From a virus, in the IMG/VR virus record IMGVR_UViG_3300045988_184088, positions 1 through 32,000 of that record: DNA of 32,000 bases; one strand, written 5' to 3'. Both the position numbers and the translations under genes were made by a program. The notes under the pieces are model-generated. The model did not search any database. It worked only from the letters and a program-made list of their open reading frames with translations, and was not told where the DNA came from. Below, piece by piece: positions 16,481-24,833 of this stretch; position 1 is the first letter of the stretch; each line of letters opens with the position of its first letter.

Positions 16481-16550
16481 TCAGCGCATTCTTCGCCGCC
16501 TAAGTCGCAAGCGACTATAGACGGTGTACCCTGCGCACAAAATTTATGGA
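16474..16550 (+). repeat. approx. 77-nt repeat unit, copy C, containing CCTAA/TATAGACGG hairpin
   Basis: CTCTTAGTCAGCGCATTCTTCGCCGCCTAAGTCGCAAGCGACTATAGACGGTGTACCCTGCGCACAAAATTTATGGA, near-identical to 10321-10398. Confidence 0.8.
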
Positions 16551-16735
16551 TTATGGCAATGCGTTTGCGACCTCAGATATTTTTGTAAATCATCGTACGG
16601 AAACCTCATCAGTTCAGTGTTCCACTGAGAATCAACTTTCTGATTTCAGGAAAGCTGATTCCCATGAATAATATCTGACTCGTATCTTTGCGGTCGTTCC
16701 TTTTGGAGCGGCCGCTTTTTTTGTTTTCAGTTTCC

Positions 16736-16763
16736 TTGCGCAAATGTGCGAGTCTCATAAAAT
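16736..16763 (+). promoter_or_regulatory. TGCGA-spacer promoter module (no leader hairpin)
   Basis: TTGCGC-AAATGTGCGAGTCTCA-TAAAAT. Confidence 0.7.
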
Positions 16764-16784
16764 GAAAATTAGGGAGGTGCTGTT

Positions 16785-17081
16785 TTGAAAATTCAGAGAA
16801 TCATGCCTGCAACTACTCACTCCATGAAAGACGCGTTACCGCTTGGGACTATCCTGACGGTGAAAAATGTTGCAGACCAGAAATATATTGTGGTCGGCTA
16901 TGACACAAGTTCTTTTCCGCATAACTACTATGCGGTTCCCTGGCCGCAAGGGTACATGGGTGAAGAAAATATGTACTTGGTAGGATTTGATGATATTGCG
17001 AAAGTTCTGTGTCGCGGCGGAATCAATGAGGAATCCAGAGTTTTCTTGCAGGCACTGGATGATGTGTTGAACGGGAGGTGA
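16785..17081 (+). CDS. DUF4176 family protein
   Basis: LPLGTILTVKNVADQKYIVVGYDTSSFPHNYYAVPWPQGYMGEENMYLVGFDDIAKVLCRG. Confidence 0.75.
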   Translation: MKIQRIMPATTHSMKDALPLGTILTVKNVADQKYIVVGYDTSSFPHNYYAVPWPQGYMGEENMYLVGFDDIAKVLCRGGINEESRVFLQALDDVLNGR

Positions 17082-17085
17082 CACG

Positions 17086-17301
17086 GTGACGGTAAAAGAG
17101 CTGAAGCATATGCTTGAGAACGCGGACGACAATGCTATCGTCGTTGTGCGAAATAACTGGGCTCCGGCGGAATTCCTGAATACCTCTGCTCGGAAGATGG
17201 TGCTTGTGAAAACAAATGGCAAGCTCATGACGCCGAAATGGGCCGAGGCGAGCGGGTATATCTGCGAAGGCCCTGCTATGTCGGCAATTTTATTCGATTG
17301 A
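17086..17301 (+). CDS. hypothetical protein
   Basis: GTG start, adjacent to upstream gene. Confidence 0.7.
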   Translation: MTVKELKHMLENADDNAIVVVRNNWAPAEFLNTSARKMVLVKTNGKLMTPKWAEASGYICEGPAMSAILFD

Positions 17302-17314
17302 GGTGAGAAAAATC

Positions 17315-17644
17315 ATGCCCGATAAAAAAGTGGCCACGCAGGCATCTGATGGACCCTGGGAACGCGAAACCATCATCACATTCAATGATGCGGAGAAGAA
17401 AGCATCCTACTACACCTGCAACAAAGCTCGTATGGAGCAGCTAAAAGAGCTTGCCAAAGAGTACCCTGATGCTGTTAAAATCACGCGGGATGAGGACTGG
17501 TGTATGGAGGCAGATATGCCCAAGAAATGGGTCAAAATCAAGCCGCCTCGCAAGTTGACTGAAGAGCAATATGCGGAACTGGTCAGACGCGGCAAAGAAC
17601 TTGCAGAACGGCAGCGGCAGCTAAAAAACGAAACGAAGGAATAA
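17315..17644 (+). CDS. hypothetical protein
   Basis: MPDKKVATQASDGPWERETIITFND.... Confidence 0.75.
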   Translation: MPDKKVATQASDGPWERETIITFNDAEKKASYYTCNKARMEQLKELAKEYPDAVKITRDEDWCMEADMPKKWVKIKPPRKLTEEQYAELVRRGKELAERQRQLKNETKE

Positions 17645-17678
17645 ACCGGCTTCATATGCCGGAAGAGGAGAATATAAA

Positions 17679-18296
17679 ATGTACAATTCTTACAGCGCAT
17701 TGAATCTTTTGGGCGGTATGCTCTATACGGTGATTCTTCTGGTGGTAGCGTATTTTGTGCTCAAAATCGTCGCCAATTGGAAAATTTTTGAGAAGGCCGG
17801 GCAGCCTGGCTGGGCATCCATCGTCCCGTTCTACAGCAACTACATCGAATTCAACATTTACTGGGGGAACGGCTGGTTGTTTCTGATTCCGGTCTTGCTG
17901 AGCCTTTTGTCTGGTATCCCGCTGCTCGGCAATCTGTTCCTGGTTGTTGCTCTCATCATCGGTGCTATCACCAACTACAAGAAAGCTGTTGCGTTCGGTG
18001 AAGGTATTGGTTTCACGATTGGTCTTTGCCTTCTGAATCCGGTGTTCAACATGATTTTGGCTTTCGGTCATTATCAGTACCACGGTATCCCGCAGGATGG
18101 CTATTCCTATTCTCAGCTCAAGACCAAATATGAGGAAAAGAAAGCCGAACAGCAGAACAACCCCAGTACTGTTCAGTACCAGGCCCCCGAAACTCCCAAA
18201 GAGCCGAGCCAAAATGTTCAGTATCAAACTCCGAATGCCCCTGCTGAGGTTCAGACCCCGCCAACTCAGCAGAATCAAAATCAGGACAATGGCTGA
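17679..18296 (+). CDS. multi-pass membrane protein, DUF5684-like
   Basis: KIFEKAGQPGWASIVPFYSNYIEFNIYWGNGW... with several TM segments and a Gln/Pro-rich tail. Confidence 0.75.
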   Translation: MYNSYSALNLLGGMLYTVILLVVAYFVLKIVANWKIFEKAGQPGWASIVPFYSNYIEFNIYWGNGWLFLIPVLLSLLSGIPLLGNLFLVVALIIGAITNYKKAVAFGEGIGFTIGLCLLNPVFNMILAFGHYQYHGIPQDGYSYSQLKTKYEEKKAEQQNNPSTVQYQAPETPKEPSQNVQYQTPNAPAEVQTPPTQQNQNQDNG

Positions 18297-18486
18297 TATT
18301 ATTTGGGTCGTTGTGTTTCTCTGCGTTCTCATCGCGTCCTGCTTTGGAATGTACTATTTCCAGGGTGAGAACAAACAAAAATTTGTGTTTTGCTTTTTGC
18401 TGGTAGCATTATCTTTTGAAGCCCTTGCGTTTCGGCTTCTGGATATTGCGTATACGGTGATTAACGCAGCAATCAAAGCCGCATAA
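18289..18486 (+). CDS. small membrane protein
   Basis: MADIIWVVVFLCVLIASCFGMYYFQGENKQKFVFCFLLVALSFEALAFRLLD..., overlaps the previous stop. Confidence 0.6.
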   Translation: MADIIWVVVFLCVLIASCFGMYYFQGENKQKFVFCFLLVALSFEALAFRLLDIAYTVINAAIKAA

Positions 18487-18573
18487 TGACCTTTTTTGCA
18501 ATTCTCAAACTGTTTTTTGGCAGACCTTCCAACCGAGGGCCTGCCATTTTTATTGTTGCCAGGAGGAAAATCT

Positions 18574-19455
18574 ATGAAAATCCGATTCTATACAAACAAC
18601 AAAGAAGCTATTGTATTCGACCTCGAGGATATTTTGAAGCAGCTCAACATTGAAGAGCAGGTAGCCACTGTCGGTCTTGTCATTGAAAAAGACGAGGCCG
18701 AGGTTGAGGCAATCGCTCAGACAATACAAGACGATTATCCGAACATGTACCTTCAGGCAAAAGAATACGGGCGAAATCTGACCTTGGCTTGTGCGGAGCT
18801 TCCGAACCCTACTAACCCGGATATTGTAACCTACCTCTATGCGGGCGATGATGCTACGGAAACTGACAGTTGGATTGCGAAAGTGAACAACACAATTCGT
18901 GCGCAAGGGGATAACAGTGAACGGCTCATCCATATTGACTCGAATCTCGCTGCCGTGGTAGAAGCAAACGAAACGGAACAAGGATACTATGCTTCCACCG
19001 TGTCGCAGCATGACAAGGCTACAAACGAAATGCTGAGTTTCCGGCAGATTGCAGAGTCGTTGGAAGCTGTTGGGGATAACTACAAGTACCAGAGCGCAAG
19101 CAACATTCTGACTGCAAGAACCAAAGCAGAGCGGAACTATATTGTCCGGCTTATCAAGATGTATTGCGACGATACCAAATACCTTTCCGGTGCTATGCCG
19201 CAAAGTGAGTACCCGTTCTGTGTCCAGAACGTTGACGCTCTGAACCAGCGTGATGCGCAGTGGTCCGAAATCAAAGAGTATCTTGCGCAGGACGAAAATC
19301 GCAACAAACTGGATGTGATTCTTGGCTTCGTGCCGGATGCGGAGAGTGACAAGACTCTAATTCTGCACAGCATTGAAGAAAAAGGGAAGGCCATGTCTGA
19401 TTCTGAAATCGAAAAAGCATATAATTTGCTGTTTGGTGACTGTAGCAATGGATGA
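18574..19455 (+). CDS. hypothetical protein
   Basis: MKIRFYTNNKEAIVFDLEDILKQLN...; RBS AGGAGG. Confidence 0.85.
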   Translation: MKIRFYTNNKEAIVFDLEDILKQLNIEEQVATVGLVIEKDEAEVEAIAQTIQDDYPNMYLQAKEYGRNLTLACAELPNPTNPDIVTYLYAGDDATETDSWIAKVNNTIRAQGDNSERLIHIDSNLAAVVEANETEQGYYASTVSQHDKATNEMLSFRQIAESLEAVGDNYKYQSASNILTARTKAERNYIVRLIKMYCDDTKYLSGAMPQSEYPFCVQNVDALNQRDAQWSEIKEYLAQDENRNKLDVILGFVPDAESDKTLILHSIEEKGKAMSDSEIEKAYNLLFGDCSNG

Positions 19456-19461
19456 ATAATC

Positions 19462-19489
19462 TTGCGCTTTCGTGCGAGACCCGTATAAT
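19462..19489 (+). promoter_or_regulatory. TGCGA-spacer promoter module
   Basis: TTGCGC-TTTCGTGCGAGACCCG-TATAAT, then TTGTACGATAGATACC...CTCGTACAA hairpin and AGGCGGACTTCCC...GTTCGCCTTTTT. Confidence 0.8.
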
Positions 19490-19615
19490 TTAGCTTGTAC
19501 GATAGATACCATCTACTAAGCACACTGTGTGCTCGTACAATTCACACTTCGCTTTAAGGCGGACTTCCCACACCGGGAGGTTCGCCTTTTTGCGTACAAA
19601 AAAAGGAGTGTTATA

Positions 19616-20020
19616 ATGGGTAGTATATGGACGGCTCTTGGCAACCGACTTGAAACCGCTTGGAAGAGACCTACTAAGCCCAACTCTAAACGCCCGAAAG
19701 ACGGTGAAATCATCGACGAAGAGAAATCGGTGCGCTGGAACAGGGAAGAGGTCGTTCGCCGACAGAAAGCCTGGGATGCGGAATGCTCTCGGCTGAAGAA
19801 GGCGCAGAATGCAGAAATCGAACACATCTCGGAAGCTATCGAACTTCAAATTCAGGAAGACATCAAAGCCAAAACGAAACGCAGCATTTCCAAAAAGGCT
19901 GCAACCATCCTCTGGCAAAAAGCCTACGACCGTGGCCACGCCTATGGTTTCGCTGACATCTACTGTGCCATCGAGGACTACGAGGAGCTGGTTGTTGCCG
20001 TACTCACAAACGCTCGTTGA
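19616..20020 (+). CDS. hypothetical protein
   Basis: MGSIWTALGNRLETAWKRPTK...; RBS AAAGGAG. Confidence 0.8.
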   Translation: MGSIWTALGNRLETAWKRPTKPNSKRPKDGEIIDEEKSVRWNREEVVRRQKAWDAECSRLKKAQNAEIEHISEAIELQIQEDIKAKTKRSISKKAATILWQKAYDRGHAYGFADIYCAIEDYEELVVAVLTNAR

Positions 20021-20036
20021 AAGAAAGGAAAATACC

Positions 20037-20846
20037 ATGAAGCTGAATGAATACCTCGCTAAAAATGCCGTCAAGCTGATGATTAAGGGCTCTGGAGAAA
20101 AGAATCCTACGCGCCAGACCAATGACCTCGGCATGTACGATTATGTTGAGAACCTTGAAAGCGTCCTCGGCAAAATGGTCTGGATTTGCGATTATCGCGC
20201 AAATGCGGACCCGACCAAAAAGCCGATTCGTAACATCAAACCTACCCCGGTTGTTGTAACGGACGCAAAAGAAACGAGCAAAACCATCTATTATTCTCCG
20301 GTCTATTTTCGGCCGGTAAATCGGGGTAAGATTTCTTCAACCGTCATTGCCCCATTGGACAACACCGGGTATCGCTGCTGCTCCGGCACTTCCGTCAACA
20401 TCTTCTACACGAAAGAAGAGTGCGTGAAGTGCTATCGGGAGCAGGTTCGACAGGCAGACGAGATTTATGAGAAAGAGAAGGCTCGCATCATCAAAGAGTT
20501 CGACGCTCGCATGCAGATTCTCAATGATTCTCTCACGCCGTTCAACGATGTCCCGCAGAGCGATTACACCGTTGTTGCAAAAATGGATGTTACGAACGAT
20601 TCTCTCGGATACAATGAGAAAAATCGGCATTTTTATCTCGAGACGACCCGAACCATGATTCCGACTCGCTATACCATCGAAAGGCTCAAGATGCAGGCAC
20701 TGATTGGCCTGGTGGATGAACTCCGTGCAAACACCACCTGGCAAAAGGGCATCCCTTTCCGTATCCTTATCAGAACAACAGTTTTCGTGGATGGTATTGA
20801 AGATGTCAGCCAGGCCACAACGGAATCTCAAACCATTGCCCTTTGA
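20037..20846 (+). CDS. hypothetical protein
   Basis: MKLNEYLAKNAVKLMIKGSGEKN.... Confidence 0.82.
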   Translation: MKLNEYLAKNAVKLMIKGSGEKNPTRQTNDLGMYDYVENLESVLGKMVWICDYRANADPTKKPIRNIKPTPVVVTDAKETSKTIYYSPVYFRPVNRGKISSTVIAPLDNTGYRCCSGTSVNIFYTKEECVKCYREQVRQADEIYEKEKARIIKEFDARMQILNDSLTPFNDVPQSDYTVVAKMDVTNDSLGYNEKNRHFYLETTRTMIPTRYTIERLKMQALIGLVDELRANTTWQKGIPFRILIRTTVFVDGIEDVSQATTESQTIAL

Positions 20847-20866
20847 TGAACCATGAAGAGCGCACG

Positions 20867-20897
20867 CCCCGTCTATAGCCGTAAGGCTTAGGTGGGG
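20867..20897 (-). repeat. CCTAA/TATAGACGG hairpin motif, copy 2 (antisense orientation)
   Basis: Minus strand CCCCACCTAAGCCTTACGGCTATAGACGGGG. Confidence 0.6.
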
Positions 20898-21090
20898 AGG
20901 TTCACAAAAAAACAAAACAATACATATGTGAGGTAAAATGTTATGTGTGAACTACTCGGCAATTGAATTGCCGAGGATTCCCGCGCCGTTATCCTAAACA
21001 CAATGTTGCACGACTTTGCACGATGTTGTAACATTCTAAAAAGCCACTAACACGCGTGCAAACTTTTTTCAAAAAAGTTTATACAGCTTC

Positions 21091-21118
21091 TTGACGGCGT
21101 GTGCGACACCCATAAAAT
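21091..21118 (+). promoter_or_regulatory. TGCGA-spacer promoter module
   Basis: TTGACG-GCGTGTGCGACACCCA-TAAAAT, followed by GGACAGATGCCCATATTGGGTTTCTGTCCTTTTT. Confidence 0.7.
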
Positions 21119-21442
21119 AGATAATGTAACAGAGATATCATTGATTTGCCATAGTTCATATACCTCCTGGAAGAAGGACAGATGCCCATATTGGGTTTCT
21201 GTCCTTTTTCTTTTTGAGGATTCCCGCAGATTTTCTGCGTTTTATATAGATTTATCCCACGGAATGTGGACTTCTGACAGCCGAAGGAAAGGCTGATTAC
21301 ATAGAATTGTCATGCTAATCAGCATGGCACGTATACACTGCGTCAATGTGTTTATATAAATGTTCCTGCACGCGAACGCCGCGTTAAGAGCGTATTTATA
21401 TATACCGTATAGCAATTACAAACCTTTAAGGAGGACATTACC

Positions 21443-21811
21443 ATGATTCGAAACATAATTTAGCGAGTAGACACCATTATCAGCAACCACGAAACCAAAG
21501 CTAAGCAATTTGCAGTTAGCTATGGTTCATTCGTTCACAGTCTAATTAAGACCTAGCTGAGCAAAGATGGTGTGATACTCGCGCTCCTGCTGGAGCAAGT
21601 GAAACTGACCGAGGCCGCGAAAGCTCTGCTGCTTTTGGCAGTAGTATCAATCGTTGGCGCATTTCTTGTCAAGAAAGTCTTCAAAAACTACAGCCACATC
21701 AAAGGATTGGCCGAAGACTTTCTGAAATCAGCTGACGTTTTCGGAGCTGTCAAAGAAGCGATTTCTGATATCGCCAGCGGCTCCTGCAAAACAAACAACA
21801 AAAAAGAATAA
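21443..21811 (+). CDS. candidate readthrough/recoded gene with two in-frame TAG codons; small membrane protein
   Basis: RBS AAGGAGG then ATG; MIRNII[TAG]RVDTIISNHETKAKQFAVSYGSFVHSLIKT[TAG]LSKDGVILALLLEQVKLTEAAKALLLLAVVSIVGAFLVKKVFKNY...KKE*. Confidence 0.55.
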
Positions 21812-21895
21812 TAACATCCCCGATATATGGGGCTCACATTGCTGTGGAGATAAATTCGAGAGCAGCACGGCAGCCCCACGTTACGGGGTTATATT

Positions 21896-23476
21896 ATGGC
21901 TAAGAAGAATAACAACGTCACTTTCAACGTCGGCATCACCAACCATTACTTTGACGCTATTTCGCGCCAGAAGTTACCCATGAGCGATGCCGCTTGTGAA
22001 CCGGTTGATAATGCCATCTCTAATTGCAAAGATGCCATTAACATCTTGGTCGCGATTGTGAAAGGCCATGCCAAAAACCTAATCGGTGTGGTTATTGCCG
22101 ACTGGGGCAATGGTATGTCTAAGGAAAAGCTGCCGGAAAACCTACAGTTTGGCAACGGCCACAGCAATGAGGGCCCGCTGTGCATCCATGGCGTTGGCCT
22201 GAACAATTTCATTTTGGTTGCCACCCGCAACAAGTATCCCTGGTTCATCGCTTCCAAGCAGCCTGGAGAGGACAGCTATCACCGCGTTGACGGCCCGTTC
22301 GCCACGACCATGACGATGTCCGAGCAGGAAGAGATTCCTATGGCAGATGTCGTTATGCGTGAGCAGTTTAAGGCTCTTGGCGCTCCTTCTACCATCATCT
22401 ATGTGGAGATGAACAAGGCTACCGCCAGCACCATGCTGACCAAGAACGGCAGCTGCGCTGAGCGCCGGGTCACCAGCCTGAACGTGCTGCGTACCTGCCT
22501 GGCTGAGCACTTTGGTGTCAAGTACCGCAATTACTTGGCACCTGACGCTACCGGCGTTGCTCCCGCCCGTATCCTGATTCCTGATTTCCATATGGTGAAT
22601 GGCAAGACGTGCGATGTGCTCGTCAAGCCCATTTTCCAGCCGTATAAGGAGAAGCAGAAGGAAAAGAACTTCACTGTTGACTATGATGGGTACGAGATTC
22701 CTGTCAAGGTTGAGTGTGGTCAGCTGGATACGGATGCGACCAAAGGTGTTGTTACTGGTGGCTATGACTTGAAGCATTTCTACCAGAACAACATGCTTAC
22801 GCAAGGCTTGGATATCCAGCTCGGCGAACGTGTTATCGCCACCGCTCAGTTTGATACCATCTGGGACAAGGCTCGTCACCCGGCCTTCAACGCTTTCACC
22901 GGCGTTGTTGCTGTTGATATTTCCGGTCTGCCGCGTGGGTTCTTGAATACCCTCGCCAACAAGTCGGATATCGACCTGAGCGACAAGGGATGGCGTAAAA
23001 TTTTCGACGCTATTGCCGAAAACGTGAAGCCTCTCGAAAGCGAGCCTCTCACTCTTGAGAAATATGCGCAGGATTTTGCAAATCGGCTGGTTGCAGACAC
23101 CGGGAATGAAGTTGAACTCAAGTTCCCTCTGTACGCAAACCGGACTCGTATCGACGTTCTGGAACATATCGACGAGTCCCACTGCAAGATTTATGACTTC
23201 ATGAGCGGCGTTGCTACTTTGAAGTCTGTAACCGAGCTGCGGACTCATTGGGATGGCATGGTTGCACAGGGCATTCAGCCTGTTTCGGCTGTGATGTTCT
23301 GCAATAAGCGCGGTCCTATGCTCAAACATACCTGCGACGAGATGAACACTCTCGTGCAGGCTATGAATGACGAGGACTTCTACATGACCCTCGAAGCTGC
23401 TGGTGGTGATGCATCTAAGATGCCGCACTACAACTTCGATGTTATTCTTGACCAGAATATCCCCGTGAAGAAATAA
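21896..23476 (+). CDS. GHKL-type ATPase (HATPase_c/MORC-like)
   Basis: ACEPVDNAISNCKDA; VVIADWGNGMSKEKLPENLQFGNGHSNEGPLCIHGVGLNN: N-, G1- and G2-box-like motifs. Confidence 0.8.
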   Translation: MAKKNNNVTFNVGITNHYFDAISRQKLPMSDAACEPVDNAISNCKDAINILVAIVKGHAKNLIGVVIADWGNGMSKEKLPENLQFGNGHSNEGPLCIHGVGLNNFILVATRNKYPWFIASKQPGEDSYHRVDGPFATTMTMSEQEEIPMADVVMREQFKALGAPSTIIYVEMNKATASTMLTKNGSCAERRVTSLNVLRTCLAEHFGVKYRNYLAPDATGVAPARILIPDFHMVNGKTCDVLVKPIFQPYKEKQKEKNFTVDYDGYEIPVKVECGQLDTDATKGVVTGGYDLKHFYQNNMLTQGLDIQLGERVIATAQFDTIWDKARHPAFNAFTGVVAVDISGLPRGFLNTLANKSDIDLSDKGWRKIFDAIAENVKPLESEPLTLEKYAQDFANRLVADTGNEVELKFPLYANRTRIDVLEHIDESHCKIYDFMSGVATLKSVTELRTHWDGMVAQGIQPVSAVMFCNKRGPMLKHTCDEMNTLVQAMNDEDFYMTLEAAGGDASKMPHYNFDVILDQNIPVKK

Positions 23477-23611
23477 CATCACTTGCCGTCATCCGAAAGG
23501 GTGGCGGCATTTTTTTTGTTGAGCCATTGCTCAAACATCGAGATTCCTCATGTGGGATATAGCGTTTTGTACAGATATATGCTATAATTGGCACAAAAAG
23601 GAGGAACCGAC

Positions 23612-23992
23612 ATGGCAGAAAATAATAACAACGGTGGCAAAAACACTAATATCATCACCAAAATCAACGATACCATTTCCAAAGTCCTGGGCGATTTCCC
23701 GCCCGTTGTTCAGACAATCGCAAAAATCGTTGTCTTCGGTGGGCTCATCCTGCTTATCGCCAAAGCCATCGGCTATATTTTCCCGGTTATTGTGAACGTT
23801 CTTTTCAACCTCTTAGTCAAAATCGTTGGCTTCTGCATTCTGGCAGCCTTTCTTTACGGCTGCTGGTACGAGGTAAAACTGCAAATGACTCGCGATGAAA
23901 ACTCCTTCCTGCTGAATGAACGACTCAAGTATCAGAAAAAAGAATACGAGGAACGTGAGCGCAGAAGACAAGAACGAGATAACAGACGATAA
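23612..23992 (+). CDS. small membrane protein with charged C-terminal tail
   Basis: MAENNNNGGKNTNIITKINDTISK...IAKIVVFGGLILLIAKAIGYIFPVIV...; RBS AGGAGG. Confidence 0.8.
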   Translation: MAENNNNGGKNTNIITKINDTISKVLGDFPPVVQTIAKIVVFGGLILLIAKAIGYIFPVIVNVLFNLLVKIVGFCILAAFLYGCWYEVKLQMTRDENSFLLNERLKYQKKEYEERERRRQERDNRR

Positions 23993-24049
23993 TACATAAT
24001 CACACATAGGCTGTCCAGCTTCGGCTGGGCAGCTTTTTTTGTTTTCCTA

Positions 24050-24077
24050 TTGCAGGTTCTTGCGAATTGCATACCAT
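24050..24077 (+). promoter_or_regulatory. TGCGA-spacer promoter-like element
   Basis: TTGCAG-GTTCTTGCGAATTGCA-TACCAT. Confidence 0.5.
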
Positions 24078-24101
24078 GAAATTTGTAGAAAGGAGTTTCT
24101 C

Positions 24102-24332
24102 ATGAAAACACTCGAATCGATTTTCAGTAGAACTGCACAGTTTGGCTTTCTCATTTATCTGACCGGCTGCTTTGGCCTGTTGATTGTTTTAGGCGCTGCA
24201 GTCGCAAAATGGCTTAAACTCATCAACGTAATTCAATATATTGCCTTTGCTTTTGGACTTGGACTCCTCACTTTGCTTATCGGCATGGTGGGTCTCTCAC
24301 TCCTCGGCATTAGGGGTATTGAAGAATTTTAG
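24102..24332 (+). CDS. small membrane protein, TAG stop
   Basis: MKTLESIFSRTAQFGFLIYLTGCFGLLIVLGAAVAKW...; RBS AAAGGAG. Confidence 0.75.
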   Translation: MKTLESIFSRTAQFGFLIYLTGCFGLLIVLGAAVAKWLKLINVIQYIAFAFGLGLLTLLIGMVGLSLLGIRGIEEF

Positions 24333-24510
24333 TGGAATGACCCCATCCCACTAAGTTCCTTCAATATCACAGGCGGATGTACTTTTGTACATCAAGATGA
24401 CGAGCTGCACTTGTACGGTTTTCCCAGCTTGCAACCATGCGAAGGCGTCATCTAGCCAAGGGAAACACAACCTCCTGCTTCGGCAGGAGAGATTTATCGT
24501 AAAGGAGGTG
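24330..24510 (+). ncRNA. highly structured RNA, probable omegaRNA of a miniaturised IscB element
   Basis: Stems TTAGTGG/CCACTAA, GATGTAC-TTTT-GTACATC, GATGACG/CGTCATC, CTCCTGC-TTCG-GCAGGAG; lies directly upstream of an IscB-like start codon. Confidence 0.55.
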
Positions 24511-24516
24511 GCGAAT

Positions 24517-24757
24517 ATGTCCACTGTTTATGTACGTTTGCAAGCTTAAAGTTAAAGAGCACCATCCAACATACAGAAACATGAACCGTAACTATCCAGG
24601 AAGCATATTTCTTGTTGGAAAGCATGTTCATATAATGCAAGGAATAGCTGGCTCTAAAGACGGAAAAGCAACAACATACAAAGACTCTAACGCAAACTCA
24701 ATAACGGCGAGTAAATGCAAATTTGTTGCAAAAAATTCTGGCATATTGTTTGTGTAG
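24517..24757 (+). pseudogene. internally deleted iscB-like gene: N-terminal 6-7 codons plus C-terminal domain
   Basis: RBS AAAGGAGG, MSTVYVR...* then frame-shifted HPTYRNMNRNYPGSIFLVGKHVHIMQGIAGSKDGKATTYKDSNANSITASKCKFVAKNSGILFV, which resembles the OgeuIscB C-terminus. Confidence 0.55.
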
Positions 24758-24833
24758 TATGAATTAAAAGTAATAAAACCACGAAAAATCTTCAATAGCC
24801 GCAAAACCGCAAACATAAGGAGGCAAAACACGT

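Noticed and set aside
22142-23482. Long minus-strand ORF (446 aa)
   Set aside because: Entirely antisense to the GHKL ATPase, which has recognisable motifs and an RBS; the shadow ORF has none.
24332-24600. TAG readthrough extending the 24102-24332 gene by about 80 codons
   Set aside because: The downstream sequence has several perfect RNA stems and then an RBS plus IscB-like start, so a structured RNA explains it better.
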